Positions 18,825 to 28,367 are shown, counted from the stretch's first letter. The stretch: 64,000 nt of DNA from Lachnospiraceae bacterium (GCA_024699045.1 JAILQK010000096.1:2008-66007); one strand, 5' to 3'. Translations and numbers: made by a program. Notes: generated by a model from the letters alone, not told the origin.

Positions 18825-20383
18825 TTATTCGAGTAGCTTTCATTTCCTGCGGACAGATTGCTTCTGAATTCCGAAGGTGACATATTAGTAACCTTCTTGA
18901 AGATCTTTCCGAAATAGTTTACGTCTGTATAGCCAACCTTTGCTGCGATATCGGTGATCTTGTACCGGGGATCGGAAAGCATCTCCTGAGCACGCTCTAT
19001 CCGGTAGGCGGTAATGTACTGGTTAAGCGTAAGGCCTGTTTCCGACTTGAAAAAGGTGCATACATACGGGGCGGAACGATTAACATGATCGCTCACCGAT
19101 TTGATGGAGAGAGATTCGTTACGGTAGTTCTGCCGGATGAATTCTTTTATCGCAAATACCATATTGCTGCCTGTTTCTCTGGAAGAAAGCCCTTCGAAAT
19201 ATTCGTCCGTACTGTGTATCAATTCATTGTGGAGTACATCCAGACTGTCCGCATTTTCCACCATAGCCCAGATCGACTGATTCTCTTTTATCAGGATCTC
19301 CGTCATCCTTGATTTTCTTGCAGCCTTCTGCAGAGTGAGAAAAAGCTGATAATAGATGTCCTTGACCTGTCCGGGAAGCAGTCGGCAGGGAGGCATGAAC
19401 TGCGCATGGATATCGGCCAGCACCCGGTCACAGAGTCCGCGGTCTTCTTCCTCCAGAGCTTCGAGGTAATCCTGGGAATAATCCTTGATGATCGGAGGGG
19501 TGTGGGCCGTTTTTTCTTCGTTGGAAAGAATGGCGCCGGGTTCGCTGAAAAAAGCCTGCTGTAAGAGGACTACGGCGCCCGAATATGTGTCATATGCATG
19601 ACTGATACCATGCATGGTATCTCCCAGTACTATGCATTTCAGGGTATCGGGATCGTATGTCTGTCTGATACGTGAACATATCGATCTAAGCGTGTCACGG
19701 GGGGATTTCTGTCCGTAGGCGAAAAAACATATACAAGAATTTTCTTTCATTACATGTATCTCGCTGATCCCTCGTCCGGCAAAGACCGGCGATAATTCCT
19801 CGGACGCTATACGTCTCAGACCGGGAATGGAGATCAGTTCGCCTCCTGTGAACTGGAACAACAGACAGGTGAAATGGTCATCCGGACTCATGCCGTCAGG
19901 CAGGGACAGATCGCTTATCGTTTCGGGAACCAGTGAATGGGTCAGCATTTCCGCAAGCCGGTTTTCGTGTTCCGCAAGCTCTACCGAACGTCCACGTTTT
20001 ACCAGACCTTTCTCCATCAGCTGTTCGGCGGCAAGTCGTATGGCGTCTGTTACCTCCGTGGTATCAAGCGGCTTTTCGACATAACTGACGGCCTTAAGGT
20101 GAATTGCGGCCTTCAGATATTCTTTGTCCGAATATCCGCTCATAAAGATGATCGCAGAATCGGGAAGTGACTCATGGAGCTTTTCGGCCATGGCGACCCC
20201 GTCCATCCGTGGCATCCGCATATCCGTAAGGATAATATCCGGCTTTTCGGCAAAGGCAATCCGGAGCCCTTCGGCTCCGTCGGAGGCTTCCAATACGGTA
20301 TCTATCCCAAGCTGATCCCAGTCTATCGAAGCGGTCAGACCGCTTCGGGTGATCTTTTCATCATCTACTATCAGTACCTTCAT
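18821..20383 (-). CDS. YesN-type response regulator (receiver + AraC HTH)
   Basis: MKVLIVDDE, TDMRMPRMDG and VGY.DVNYFGKIFKK..GMSP-type AraC end. True start is probably ATG 20383. Confidence 0.92.
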   Translation of the reverse strand: MKVLIVDDEKITRSGLTASIDWDQLGIDTVLEASDGAEGLRIAFAEKPDIILTDMRMPRMDGVAMAEKLHESLPDSAIIFMSGYSDKEYLKAAIHLKAVSYVEKPLDTTEVTDAIRLAAEQLMEKGLVKRGRSVELAEHENRLAEMLTHSLVPETISDLSLPDGMSPDDHFTCLLFQFTGGELISIPGLRRIASEELSPVFAGRGISEIHVMKENSCICFFAYGQKSPRDTLRSICSRIRQTYDPDTLKCIVLGDTMHGISHAYDTYSGAVVLLQQAFFSEPGAILSNEEKTAHTPPIIKDYSQDYLEALEEEDRGLCDRVLADIHAQFMPPCRLLPGQVKDIYYQLFLTLQKAARKSRMTEILIKENQSIWAMVENADSLDVLHNELIHSTDEYFEGLSSRETGSNMVFAIKEFIRQNYRNESLSIKSVSDHVNRSAPYVCTFFKSETGLTLNQYITAYRIERAQEMLSDPRYKITDIAAKVGYTDVNYFGKIFKKVTNMSPSEFRSNLSAGNESYSNK

Positions 20384-20388
20384 AAAAA

Positions 20389-20419
20389 AATGATAGCATA
20401 AAAATTTACTTAAAATCAA
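20389..20419 (-). promoter_or_regulatory. SigA promoter of the response regulator; probably leaderless
   Basis: Minus strand reads TTGATT-N18-TATCAT with an extended -10 TG, then 6 T and ATG. No SD. Confidence 0.55.
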
Positions 20420-20460
20420 AAGATGTTACGATTTTGAAAACATCCTAAGAATGATAAACT
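20401..20460 (+). promoter_or_regulatory. Activator direct repeats plus extended -10 promoter of the ABC operon
   Basis: aaaatttact / agatgttacg with a 20-bp period, then TGa-TAAACT at 20455. Same layout as 24058-24117. Confidence 0.65.
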
Positions 20461-20532
20461 TGAACTGTATTGGTGGAGGTTTGACCTATACATATCAGGA
20501 TATATCAAAGAAGATATGAAAGGAGAGTCGAA

Positions 20533-22050
20533 GTGGCGGAAGATCTGATTCTTGAACTCAAGGGAATAACCAAGATATTTCCGGGAGTGAAGGCGTTGAA
20601 CAATGTTCATTTTCAACTCAGGCGCGGGGAGGTTCATGCGCTTATGGGAGAGAACGGAGCGGGCAAATCAACGTTCATCAAAGTAATAACAGGGGTACAC
20701 GCTGCGGAGGAAGGACAGATGTTCCTTGAGGGGCAGGAGGTGCATTTCAAAGGCCCCAAGGATGCACAGGAAGCCGGAATAGCGGCAGTTTATCAGCATC
20801 CTACATCGTATCCGACCCTGTCCGTTACCGAAAACATCTTTATGGGACACGAAGATGTCAAGAGCGGCATGATACAGTGGCGCAACATGAATGCGGAGGC
20901 ACAAAAGCTTCTGGACAGTCTGGACGCTGATTTCAAGCCTACCGATGAGGTAGGAGCACTTACGATAGCCCAGCAGCAGATGGTCGAGATAGCAAAAGCA
21001 CTTTCTACTAATGCAAAGATCATCATTCTTGATGAGCCTACGGCAGCACTTACCACAAATGAATCCGAAAAGCTGTACGAGATCGTAGACAGACTGAGAG
21101 AAGAGGGGAAATCCATAATCTTTATCTCCCACAGGTTTGAGGATATGTATCGTCTGGCAAGCAGGGTTACCGTATTCAGGGATTCGCAGTACATAGGCAC
21201 ATATGATGTTGACGGCATATCAAACGCTGATCTTATCAAAGCAATGGTCGGACGTGAGATAACGGATATGTATCCCAAAGAGGACATCAAGCTTGGAGAG
21301 GAGATCTTCCGGGTTGAAGGAATGACCCGGACCGGATATTTTAAGGACGTCTCTTTTGACGTAAGAGCCGGAGAGATAATAGGTCTTACCGGGCTGGTGG
21401 GCGCCGGTAGAACCGAGACTATAGAGAGTGTATGCGGGATAACCAAGCCTGATGCGGGCAAGGTCTTTCTTGAAGGCAAAGAGATCCATATCAAGGAGCC
21501 TGAGGATGCGATGAAAGCCGGTATAATACTGCTTCCGGAGGATCGTCAGAAGCAGGGGCTGATACTGTCCTGGGGCCTTGGGAGAAATGTTACGCTTCCC
21601 ATACAGGAAGAGCTTGCAAAAAACATGTTCAACGATGAAAAGAAAGAGAGGGAAGTCGCAAAGCAGAGGCTTGAAGAAGTCGACACCAAGGCGGTGACCA
21701 TCTTTCAGCCGGCCAGTTCACTTTCCGGCGGAAATCAGCAGAAGGTGGTAGTGGCAAAGGCGCTGGCACAGTCCAATATGAAGGTCGTCATCATGGATGA
21801 GCCCACAAAGGGTATTGATGTCGGCGCAAAGAAAGAGATATACGAGATCATGGGTCAGCTCGCCAAGCAGGGGTTCGGCATTATCATGATATCTTCCGAA
21901 ATGCCGGAGATAATAGGCATGGCCGACAGGATATTCGTAATGTGTAACGGGAGGATCTCGGGATGTCTTCAGAGATCGGAGGTTACCCAGGAGCGAATAC
22001 TTGAATTATCCATGGAGAAGAATGATAAGAAGAAAGGAGGCGTGGCATAA
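20533..22050 (+). CDS. Monosaccharide (CUT2) ABC ATPase, rhamnose importer
   Basis: GENGAGKST, DEPT twice and LSGGNQQK; two-NBD RbsA-like protein. Confidence 0.92.
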   Translation: MAEDLILELKGITKIFPGVKALNNVHFQLRRGEVHALMGENGAGKSTFIKVITGVHAAEEGQMFLEGQEVHFKGPKDAQEAGIAAVYQHPTSYPTLSVTENIFMGHEDVKSGMIQWRNMNAEAQKLLDSLDADFKPTDEVGALTIAQQQMVEIAKALSTNAKIIILDEPTAALTTNESEKLYEIVDRLREEGKSIIFISHRFEDMYRLASRVTVFRDSQYIGTYDVDGISNADLIKAMVGREITDMYPKEDIKLGEEIFRVEGMTRTGYFKDVSFDVRAGEIIGLTGLVGAGRTETIESVCGITKPDAGKVFLEGKEIHIKEPEDAMKAGIILLPEDRQKQGLILSWGLGRNVTLPIQEELAKNMFNDEKKEREVAKQRLEEVDTKAVTIFQPASSLSGGNQQKVVVAKALAQSNMKVVIMDEPTKGIDVGAKKEIYEIMGQLAKQGFGIIMISSEMPEIIGMADRIFVMCNGRISGCLQRSEVTQERILELSMEKNDKKKGGVA

Positions 22051-23030
22051 TGAAGAAGAAATCGATCGGACAGTTTCTGTCGGGGTCCAGAGAAGCCAGC
22101 CTTGTGATCGTGCTTGTGGTACTGCTGATAGTCGTAGGGGTGATAAATCCTTCGTTCCTTTCATTTACCAATATCCGGCAGATATTCCTGAATAATACGC
22201 TTACATTTATAATGGCGCTGGGAATGTTATGCGTAATGCTTACGGCCGGAATTGATATTTCGATCACCTCAACCCTGGCATTTGCCGGTATGAGCATAGG
22301 AATGCTTCAGAAATATGACGTGATACACAACACATTCCTTTTGTTTGTGATCGGAGCGCTTATAGGTATAGTGTGCGGATTCCTTAACGGGATAATCATC
22401 GCCAAGGGGAATGTTGCGCCGATCATATGTACCATGGGATTCATGTACATATGGAGAGGAATGGCGTATGTAATATCCAACAACAACTGGGCATCGGGTA
22501 TGGACGTAGCCGGTTTTTCGGACTTTGGTAAGGATGGCGCTCCGGGTCCGTATATCATCCTGATAGTGGCATATGTTGTTTTCTTTGTTGTAATGAAGTG
22601 GACCCGTTTCGGACGCAGGATATATGCGGTCGGAAGCAATACCGAAGCCGCCCGCGTGTCCGGTATCAATGTTGATCGTACATTGACGAGCGTATATACC
22701 ATAATGGGATTTCTGGCCGGACTGTCAGGAGTGCTTTCGGTTTCCATCTATGCATCGGCTCAGCCCAACATGCAGTACGGCAAAGAGATGGATGTCATAG
22801 CGGCATGCGTTATCGGAGGAGTTTCAATGAACGGCGGTCGCGGGAGCGTTGCCGGAACATTCCTCGGGGCGCTCATCATCGGTATAATCTCAAAGGCTCT
22901 GCCGATGGTCAATATACCCAACTTCTGGCAGAATCTTATAAAAGGAGTCATCATACTCGCGGTTGTTATTCTTAATGTAGTGACGCAGCGTACCATGGAC
23001 AGACAGAATCTGTTAAGGAGGGAGATGTAA
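22050..23030 (+). CDS. Sugar ABC permease (RbsC/RhaP-like)
   Basis: GIDIS, FGRRIYAVGSN.EAAR.SGI and VIGG.S..GG.G. Confidence 0.92.
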   Translation: MKKKSIGQFLSGSREASLVIVLVVLLIVVGVINPSFLSFTNIRQIFLNNTLTFIMALGMLCVMLTAGIDISITSTLAFAGMSIGMLQKYDVIHNTFLLFVIGALIGIVCGFLNGIIIAKGNVAPIICTMGFMYIWRGMAYVISNNNWASGMDVAGFSDFGKDGAPGPYIILIVAYVVFFVVMKWTRFGRRIYAVGSNTEAARVSGINVDRTLTSVYTIMGFLAGLSGVLSVSIYASAQPNMQYGKEMDVIAACVIGGVSMNGGRGSVAGTFLGALIIGIISKALPMVNIPNFWQNLIKGVIILAVVILNVVTQRTMDRQNLLRREM

Positions 23031-24049
23031 TGGCCGGAAAATCAGGAAGAGAAATATCAGCGGTACCCGCGAGTGGGATAAAGGGGAAGTTGCTCTCCTG
23101 GGAGGGCGCGCTTATCCTCATACTCATAGGGGTAAATATACTCGGAGTAGCGATATCACCCAATTATAATGTAAGCAATGTGCTTCGTGAGATGCCCCGG
23201 TATCTGGCCGAGATCTTTATGATGTTCGGAATGGGATATATCCTTGTGCTGGGAGATATCGACATATCGGTCGGCGCATTGGTATGTCTTGCGGGAACGA
23301 TCACAGTCCTTTCATCTAACGCAGGAGCTCCTTTCGGGCTTGCGGTGGTGATCTGCCTGGCAGTCGGACTTTTGGGCGGAATGCTTAACGGATTTATAGC
23401 GACAAGGTTTACGGAGCTGCCGACCATGATAGTAACCCTCGGCACTCAGATCATATTCCGAGGGATAGCGGAAGTGCTCTTTGAAACCTGGGGCAATGGC
23501 GGCGGTACGGCTTCAATGGCTGATACAAAGGGACTTATGCTTCTTGCAAAGAAAATAGGACCTTTCCCGATCGCTTTTTTCTGCGTGATCATAGTGGGTG
23601 TTGTAATGATCACGGTTTTATCCAAAACCACATTCGGCAGGAAACTCTATGCTATCGGTTCGAACAAGACCGCGGCATACTATGCGGGAGTTAAAGTGGA
23701 GAAGATCAGATTTATATGCTATTCACTGCTTGGGTTCCTGGCCGGAGTCTGTGCGCTTTTCCTTCTGACTGCAACCTTCGGATCCAATACGACTACAGGT
23801 CAGGGATTTGAAATGGAAGTCATCGCGATGTGCGTCTTTGGAGGTATCGCAACTACCGGAGGAAAAGGCAATCTTATCGGAGGTTTTATTGCGGCATTTA
23901 TTATCGTATGCCTCAGGATCGCCCTTGGCCAGAGAAACATCAACACACAGATAATCCTTGTCATAATCGGCCTCATGCTTATAATATCCGTGCTTGTTCC
24001 GTCTATAAGCAGTGCGATCACGGCAAGAAAAAAGAAGGCGCAGACCTGA
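23030..24049 (+). CDS. Sugar ABC permease (RbsC/RhaQ-like)
   Basis: DIDISVG, FGRKLYAIGSN and multiple TM helices. Confidence 0.92.
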   Translation: MAGKSGREISAVPASGIKGKLLSWEGALILILIGVNILGVAISPNYNVSNVLREMPRYLAEIFMMFGMGYILVLGDIDISVGALVCLAGTITVLSSNAGAPFGLAVVICLAVGLLGGMLNGFIATRFTELPTMIVTLGTQIIFRGIAEVLFETWGNGGGTASMADTKGLMLLAKKIGPFPIAFFCVIIVGVVMITVLSKTTFGRKLYAIGSNKTAAYYAGVKVEKIRFICYSLLGFLAGVCALFLLTATFGSNTTTGQGFEMEVIAMCVFGGIATTGGKGNLIGGFIAAFIIVCLRIALGQRNINTQIILVIIGLMLIISVLVPSISSAITARKKKAQT

Positions 24050-24057
24050 CAACCTAA

Positions 24058-24117
24058 AAAAATTACTGTAAAAAAGAAAAATTTACGATGGAGATGTGCA
24101 TTTTCGTCTGATACCAT
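24058..24117 (+). promoter_or_regulatory. Internal activator-dependent promoter for the substrate-binding protein
   Basis: aaaaattact / aaaatttacg with a 20-bp period, then TGa-TACCAT at 24112. Confidence 0.65.
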
Positions 24118-24170
24118 ACAACTATGAGAAAAGCACATTATGTGCAACAACAATAAGGAGGATACTTATT

Positions 24171-25316
24171 ATGAAAAAGAAAGTACTTAGTGTACTGCTT
24201 GCTACAACCGTAGTGGCATCCCTTCTTGCAGGATGCGGCTCAACAGCAGCAGACACAGCGGCACCTGCAGCAGAAGCAGCTCCCGCAGAAGAAGCAGCTC
24301 CCGCAGAGGAGGCAGCTCCCGCAGAGGAAGCAGCTACAGAAGAAGCAGCTCCCGCAGATGATGCGGCAGCAAGTGCAAGCGGATCAACCTATGCTCTTGT
24401 TACAAAGTCAGCAGGAAATCCTTTCATGGATCGTATGGCTACCGGTTTCCAGGAAGCAGTAGAGGATGCAGGCGGCACGGTTGTTATCCAGAACCCCGAA
24501 GCAGCTACCCCTGATGCTCAGATCTCAGTTATACAGTCTCTTATATCACAGGGCGTTAACTCTATAGCTGTAGCAGGAAATGATGCAAACGCACTTACAG
24601 CAGTTCTTACGGAAGCTGAAGATGCAGGCATAAAGGTTCTTACACTTGACTCAGACGTAGCACCTGACACACGTGCAGTATTCTGTAACCAGGCAGGCGT
24701 AGATCAGATCGGTGAGACTCTTATGGAGGCAGTTTACGATCTTACAGGCGGCGAAGGTGATTGGGCTATCCTTTCAGCTACATCACAGGCTACAAACCAG
24801 AATGCATGGATCGATGCAATGAAGAAGCTCATGGAGAGCGACAGCAAGTATTCAAAGCTTAACCTCGTAGAGGTTGCATACGGCGATGACGAGCCTCAGA
24901 AGTCAACAGACCAGACACAGGCACTTCTTCAGAACTATCCTGACCTTAAGGTTATCTGCGCACCTACAACAGTTGGTATCGCAGCAGCAGCAAAGGTTCT
25001 TCAGGATCAGAAGTCAACAGTTAAGCTTACAGGTCTTGGACTTCCTTCAGAGATGGCTGAGTACATCGGCGATGACGATGCACATTCTTGCCCTTACATG
25101 TTCCTGTGGAATCCTATCGACCTTGGAAGACTTGCCGGCTACACATCTGTTGCACTTGTTGACGGAACTATAACCGGAGCAAAGGGCGATAAGTTTACAG
25201 CAGGCGACCTTGGCGATTACACGATCGAGGATATCGACGGCGCTACACAGATCATCCTTGGACCTCCTTTCAAATTCGATCCTTCAAACATCGACGAGTG
25301 GAAGGAAGTATATTAA
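24171..25316 (+). CDS. rhaS: Rhamnose ABC substrate-binding lipoprotein
   Basis: Lipobox LAGC, KSAGNPF, SATSQATNQNAW, APTTVG and LWNP.DLG. AAGGAGG SD. Confidence 0.88.
   Translation: MKKKVLSVLLATTVVASLLAGCGSTAADTAAPAAEAAPAEEAAPAEEAAPAEEAATEEAAPADDAAASASGSTYALVTKSAGNPFMDRMATGFQEAVEDAGGTVVIQNPEAATPDAQISVIQSLISQGVNSIAVAGNDANALTAVLTEAEDAGIKVLTLDSDVAPDTRAVFCNQAGVDQIGETLMEAVYDLTGGEGDWAILSATSQATNQNAWIDAMKKLMESDSKYSKLNLVEVAYGDDEPQKSTDQTQALLQNYPDLKVICAPTTVGIAAAAKVLQDQKSTVKLTGLGLPSEMAEYIGDDDAHSCPYMFLWNPIDLGRLAGYTSVALVDGTITGAKGDKFTAGDLGDYTIEDIDGATQIILGPPFKFDPSNIDEWKEVY
24273..24360 (+). repeat. Imperfect 18-bp coding tandem repeat (PAEEAA linker)
   Basis: gcagctcccgcaga(a/g)ga unit repeated about 4-5 times. 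Confidence 0.85.
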
Positions 25317-25357
25317 ATAGAAGTTACAGATCCAACAGCGGATCATAAAGCAGGATA

Positions 25358-25392
25358 CGGCCGCACAAGATTTCTTGTGCGGCTGTTTCTTC
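25358..25392 (+). terminator. Intrinsic terminator after rhaS
   Basis: cggccgcacaaga-tt-tcttgtgcggctg followed by tttcttc. Confidence 0.8.
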
Positions 25393-25421
25393 TTGAAACA
25401 GGGATATAAAGACAGTAAAAT
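25393..25421 (+). promoter_or_regulatory. SigA promoter of the second kinase
   Basis: TTGAAA-N17-TAAAAT. Confidence 0.65.
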
Positions 25422-25493
25422 ACGATAGTAAACAAGTGATGTAGATGGGGCATTCAGGCCCAAACAAACTAAAAATGCAGAGAGGTATGAGAG

Positions 25494-26894
25494 ATGGGTG
25501 AGCAGTATTTTCTGGCAGTGGATATAGGAGCATCAAGCGGCCGGCATATTCTGGGGTATATTAAGGACGGACGACTGACTCTTGAAGAGGTCTATCGTTT
25601 TTGGAACGGGATGGATGAGAAAGACGGAACTCTGAGCTGGGATACGGAAAGGCTTTTCAATGAGATACTTGCAGGGATGAAGAAATGCAGGGAGATCGGG
25701 AAGATACCGGCAAGCATCGGGGTAGATACCTGGGGAGTGGATTTTGTCCTGCTTGATAAGAATGATAAAAAGATAGGGGAAGCGGTAGGTTATCGCGACA
25801 GTCGGACGGATGGAATGGATGAGGAGGTTTTCAAGATCGTTCCCGAGAAGGAGCTTTATGCCAGGACGGGGATACAAAAGGCCATCTATAATACCGTATA
25901 TCAGTTGATGGCGTTAAAGAAACACCATCCGGAACAGCTTGAGGCAGCAGAAACGATGCTTATGATGCCGGATTATTTTCATTACCGCCTCTCGGGGAAG
26001 AAAGTTCAGGAGTATACAGAAGCGACCACGAGTCAGCTTGTTGATCCGATCACGCGCAACTGGGATTATGAACTTGTGGAAAAACTTGGATTTCCGGCAA
26101 GGATGCTTCAGGAGATACGTATGCCCGGGACCAATATAGGCGGTCTTACGGAAGAAGTGCAAAAGGAAGTGGGATTTAACTGTGATGTAGTGCTTCCGCC
26201 GACACATGATACCGCAAGCGCGGTGATGGCGGTGCCTACAACAGAAAAAAATATATGTTATATCAGTTCGGGAACATGGTCGCTCATGGGTGTGGAAAAA
26301 GACGAGCCTGACTGCTCGGACCAGAGCCGTCAGAAAAACTTTACCAATGAGGGTGGCTATGATGGAGAGATCACATATCTTACAAATATAATGGGATTAT
26401 GGATGATACAGTCGGTAAGGAACAAGCTGGCTCCCGAAAAGGGCTACGGCGAGATCTGTGAAGAGGCTTCGAAGGAAAAGATAACCTCTTTGGTGGACTG
26501 TCAGGACGATGCATTCCTTGCTCCGGATGATATGGTAAAAGCCATACAGGATAAATGCAGGGAGACAGCACAGGAGATACCGGAGACTCTTCCGCAGCTT
26601 GCAGCTGTGGTATACAACAGCCTCGCAAAGTGTTATGCGGATAAACTGAAGGAGATCGAGCAGCTTACTGGCAGGAAATATAACAGGATCCATATCATAG
26701 GCGGCGGATCCAATGCCGTATGGCTTAACGAGCTGAGCGCGAAATATGCCGGGGTACCGGTATATGCCGGGCCGGGAGAGGCTACTGCCTTAGGGAATAT
26801 CCTTTCCCAGATGATAGGGAAAAAAATCTTTGCGGATCTTGGGGAAGCCCGTTCCTGTGTCGCGGATTCTTTTGAGATCAGGATATATGAGTAA
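25494..26894 (+). CDS. rhaB: Second rhamnulokinase/fuculokinase (FGGY family)
   Basis: AVDIGASSGR, DTWGVD, HDTASAV, ISSGTWS and TNEGG. Confidence 0.85.
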   Translation: MGEQYFLAVDIGASSGRHILGYIKDGRLTLEEVYRFWNGMDEKDGTLSWDTERLFNEILAGMKKCREIGKIPASIGVDTWGVDFVLLDKNDKKIGEAVGYRDSRTDGMDEEVFKIVPEKELYARTGIQKAIYNTVYQLMALKKHHPEQLEAAETMLMMPDYFHYRLSGKKVQEYTEATTSQLVDPITRNWDYELVEKLGFPARMLQEIRMPGTNIGGLTEEVQKEVGFNCDVVLPPTHDTASAVMAVPTTEKNICYISSGTWSLMGVEKDEPDCSDQSRQKNFTNEGGYDGEITYLTNIMGLWMIQSVRNKLAPEKGYGEICEEASKEKITSLVDCQDDAFLAPDDMVKAIQDKCRETAQEIPETLPQLAAVVYNSLAKCYADKLKEIEQLTGRKYNRIHIIGGGSNAVWLNELSAKYAGVPVYAGPGEATALGNILSQMIGKKIFADLGEARSCVADSFEIRIYE

Positions 26895-26897
26895 GAC

Positions 26898-26926
26898 TTG
26901 AAAACCGGATATGTTTATGGTATTCT
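26898..26926 (+). promoter_or_regulatory. SigA promoter of the rpsF operon
   Basis: TTGAAA-N17-TATTCT with an extended -10 TG. Confidence 0.75.
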
Positions 26927-26943
26927 GTTAATTCGTGATATAT

Positions 26944-26990
26944 CCGCCTTGCTCACATAATGTGTGTGGGCCGGACAGACCATAAGGAGG
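26944..26990 (+). ncRNA. S6:S18 (rpsF) ribosomal leader
   Basis: ccgccttgc-hairpin-gggccg...gaccataaggagg. The outer stem sequesters the SD and the position matches the known Firmicute rpsF leader. Confidence 0.78.
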
Positions 26991-26997
26991 TAAAAGA

Positions 26998-27441
26998 ATG
27001 AACAAGTATGAATTGGCCGTTGCAGTCAACGGACAGCTCGAGACAGATGCAAAGAATGCCGTACTTGAGAAGGTGAGAAATCTGATCACCCGTTTTGGAG
27101 GCACTATTACATCTGAGGATGATTGGGGCAAAAAGAGATTTGCCTACGAAGTGCATAAGGTAAGGGAAGGCTATTATGTGTTCATCAAGTTTCAGGCAGA
27201 GCCTGAGGCTATAGCAGAGATCGAACACCGCATCCGGATAGTTGAGAATGTATACAGATATCTCATAGTATCCGATGAGAAGGAACTCTCTGTTAAGCAT
27301 GAAGAGGAGAAATCCGAGAACACAGAGGCCTCATATGAATCCGGACGCAAAGCGGAGGCAGCTCAGCCGGCTGCAGAACCGGAGAATCCGGCCGAAGCAG
27401 AGGCACCCGAGTCAAAGAGTGAGACTGAAGCAGCTGAATGA
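26998..27441 (+). CDS. rpsF: 30S ribosomal protein S6 with long acidic tail
   Basis: MNKYE, WGKKRFAY and EGYY. Confidence 0.95.
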   Translation: MNKYELAVAVNGQLETDAKNAVLEKVRNLITRFGGTITSEDDWGKKRFAYEVHKVREGYYVFIKFQAEPEAIAEIEHRIRIVENVYRYLIVSDEKELSVKHEEEKSENTEASYESGRKAEAAQPAAEPENPAEAEAPESKSETEAAE

Positions 27442-27477
27442 GCAGTGGCAGGACCACAGAAAGTGTAGGGCAGTAGA

Positions 27478-27951
27478 ATGAATAAAGCAATATTGGTGGG
27501 ACGCCTTACAAGAGATCCTAATGTGAGATATTCCCAGGGGGAGAATCCTATGTGCATCGCACGATTCACTCTTGCGGTCGATCGCAGAAGGAGCAGAGAC
27601 AGTCAGGATGGTCAGACAGCAGATTTTATAAGCTGTGTTGCGTTTGGAAAAACCGGTGAATTTGTGGAAAAATACGCCCATAAAGGAACCAAGTTTGACA
27701 TCGTAGGACGCATACAGACCGGAAGCTATCAGAACAAAGAAGGGCAGACCGTTTATACCACTGATGTAGTGGTTGAAGAGATTGAATTCGGGGAGTCCAA
27801 GAGCTCCGCAAGTGCTAACGGGGTCACGACCCAGTCAGGCGGATCCGGTTCTTCCAATCGTCAGTCTGAGTCTAAAGAGCAGCCTCAGCCGGCGGATGAC
27901 AGTTTTATGAATGTGCCTGACGAGATAGACGACGAGTTACCGTTCAATTAA
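27478..27951 (+). CDS. ssb: Single-stranded DNA-binding protein
   Basis: [14 protein letters not shown] and C-terminal DDELPFN. Confidence 0.97.
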   Translation: MNKAILVGRLTRDPNVRYSQGENPMCIARFTLAVDRRRSRDSQDGQTADFISCVAFGKTGEFVEKYAHKGTKFDIVGRIQTGSYQNKEGQTVYTTDVVVEEIEFGESKSSASANGVTTQSGGSGSSNRQSESKEQPQPADDSFMNVPDEIDDELPFN

Positions 27952-27973
27952 AATAATACAGGGAGATAAGAAA

Positions 27974-28237
27974 ATGCCATATACAAGAAATAATGATCAT
28001 TCGGATAGACCCAGAAGAAGCGGCGGAATGCGCAGAAGGAAGAAAGTCTGCATATTCTGCGGTAAAGACGGAGATATAGATTACAAGGATGTAGTCAGAC
28101 TCAGGAAGTTTATTTCCGAGAGGGGAAAGATCCTTCCCAGAAGAGTTACCGGCACATGCGCAAAGCATCAGAGAGAGCTTACGGTAGCGATAAAGCGTGC
28201 CCGTCATTTGGCGCTTTTACCGTATGTTGTAGAGTAA
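27974..28237 (+). CDS. rpsR: 30S ribosomal protein S18 (Zn-binding form)
   Basis: [18 protein letters not shown] and CAKHQR. Confidence 0.97.
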   Translation: MPYTRNNDHSDRPRRSGGMRRRKKVCIFCGKDGDIDYKDVVRLRKFISERGKILPRRVTGTCAKHQRELTVAIKRARHLALLPYVVE

Positions 28238-28253
28238 TAACATCAATATCATT

Positions 28254-28287
28254 AAAAACCCTGTCGGATATCCCGACAGGGTTTTTT
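28254..28287. terminator. Bidirectional terminator
   Basis: aaaaaccctgtcgg-atatc-ccgacagggtttttt between convergent genes. Confidence 0.9.
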
Positions 28288-28367
28288 GATCTTCAACATG
28301 CAGGATGTTCAATATGAAAGGGGATGATCTGATTTCCCGGGCGGATCCTGAAGCAACATTCCGGCAG

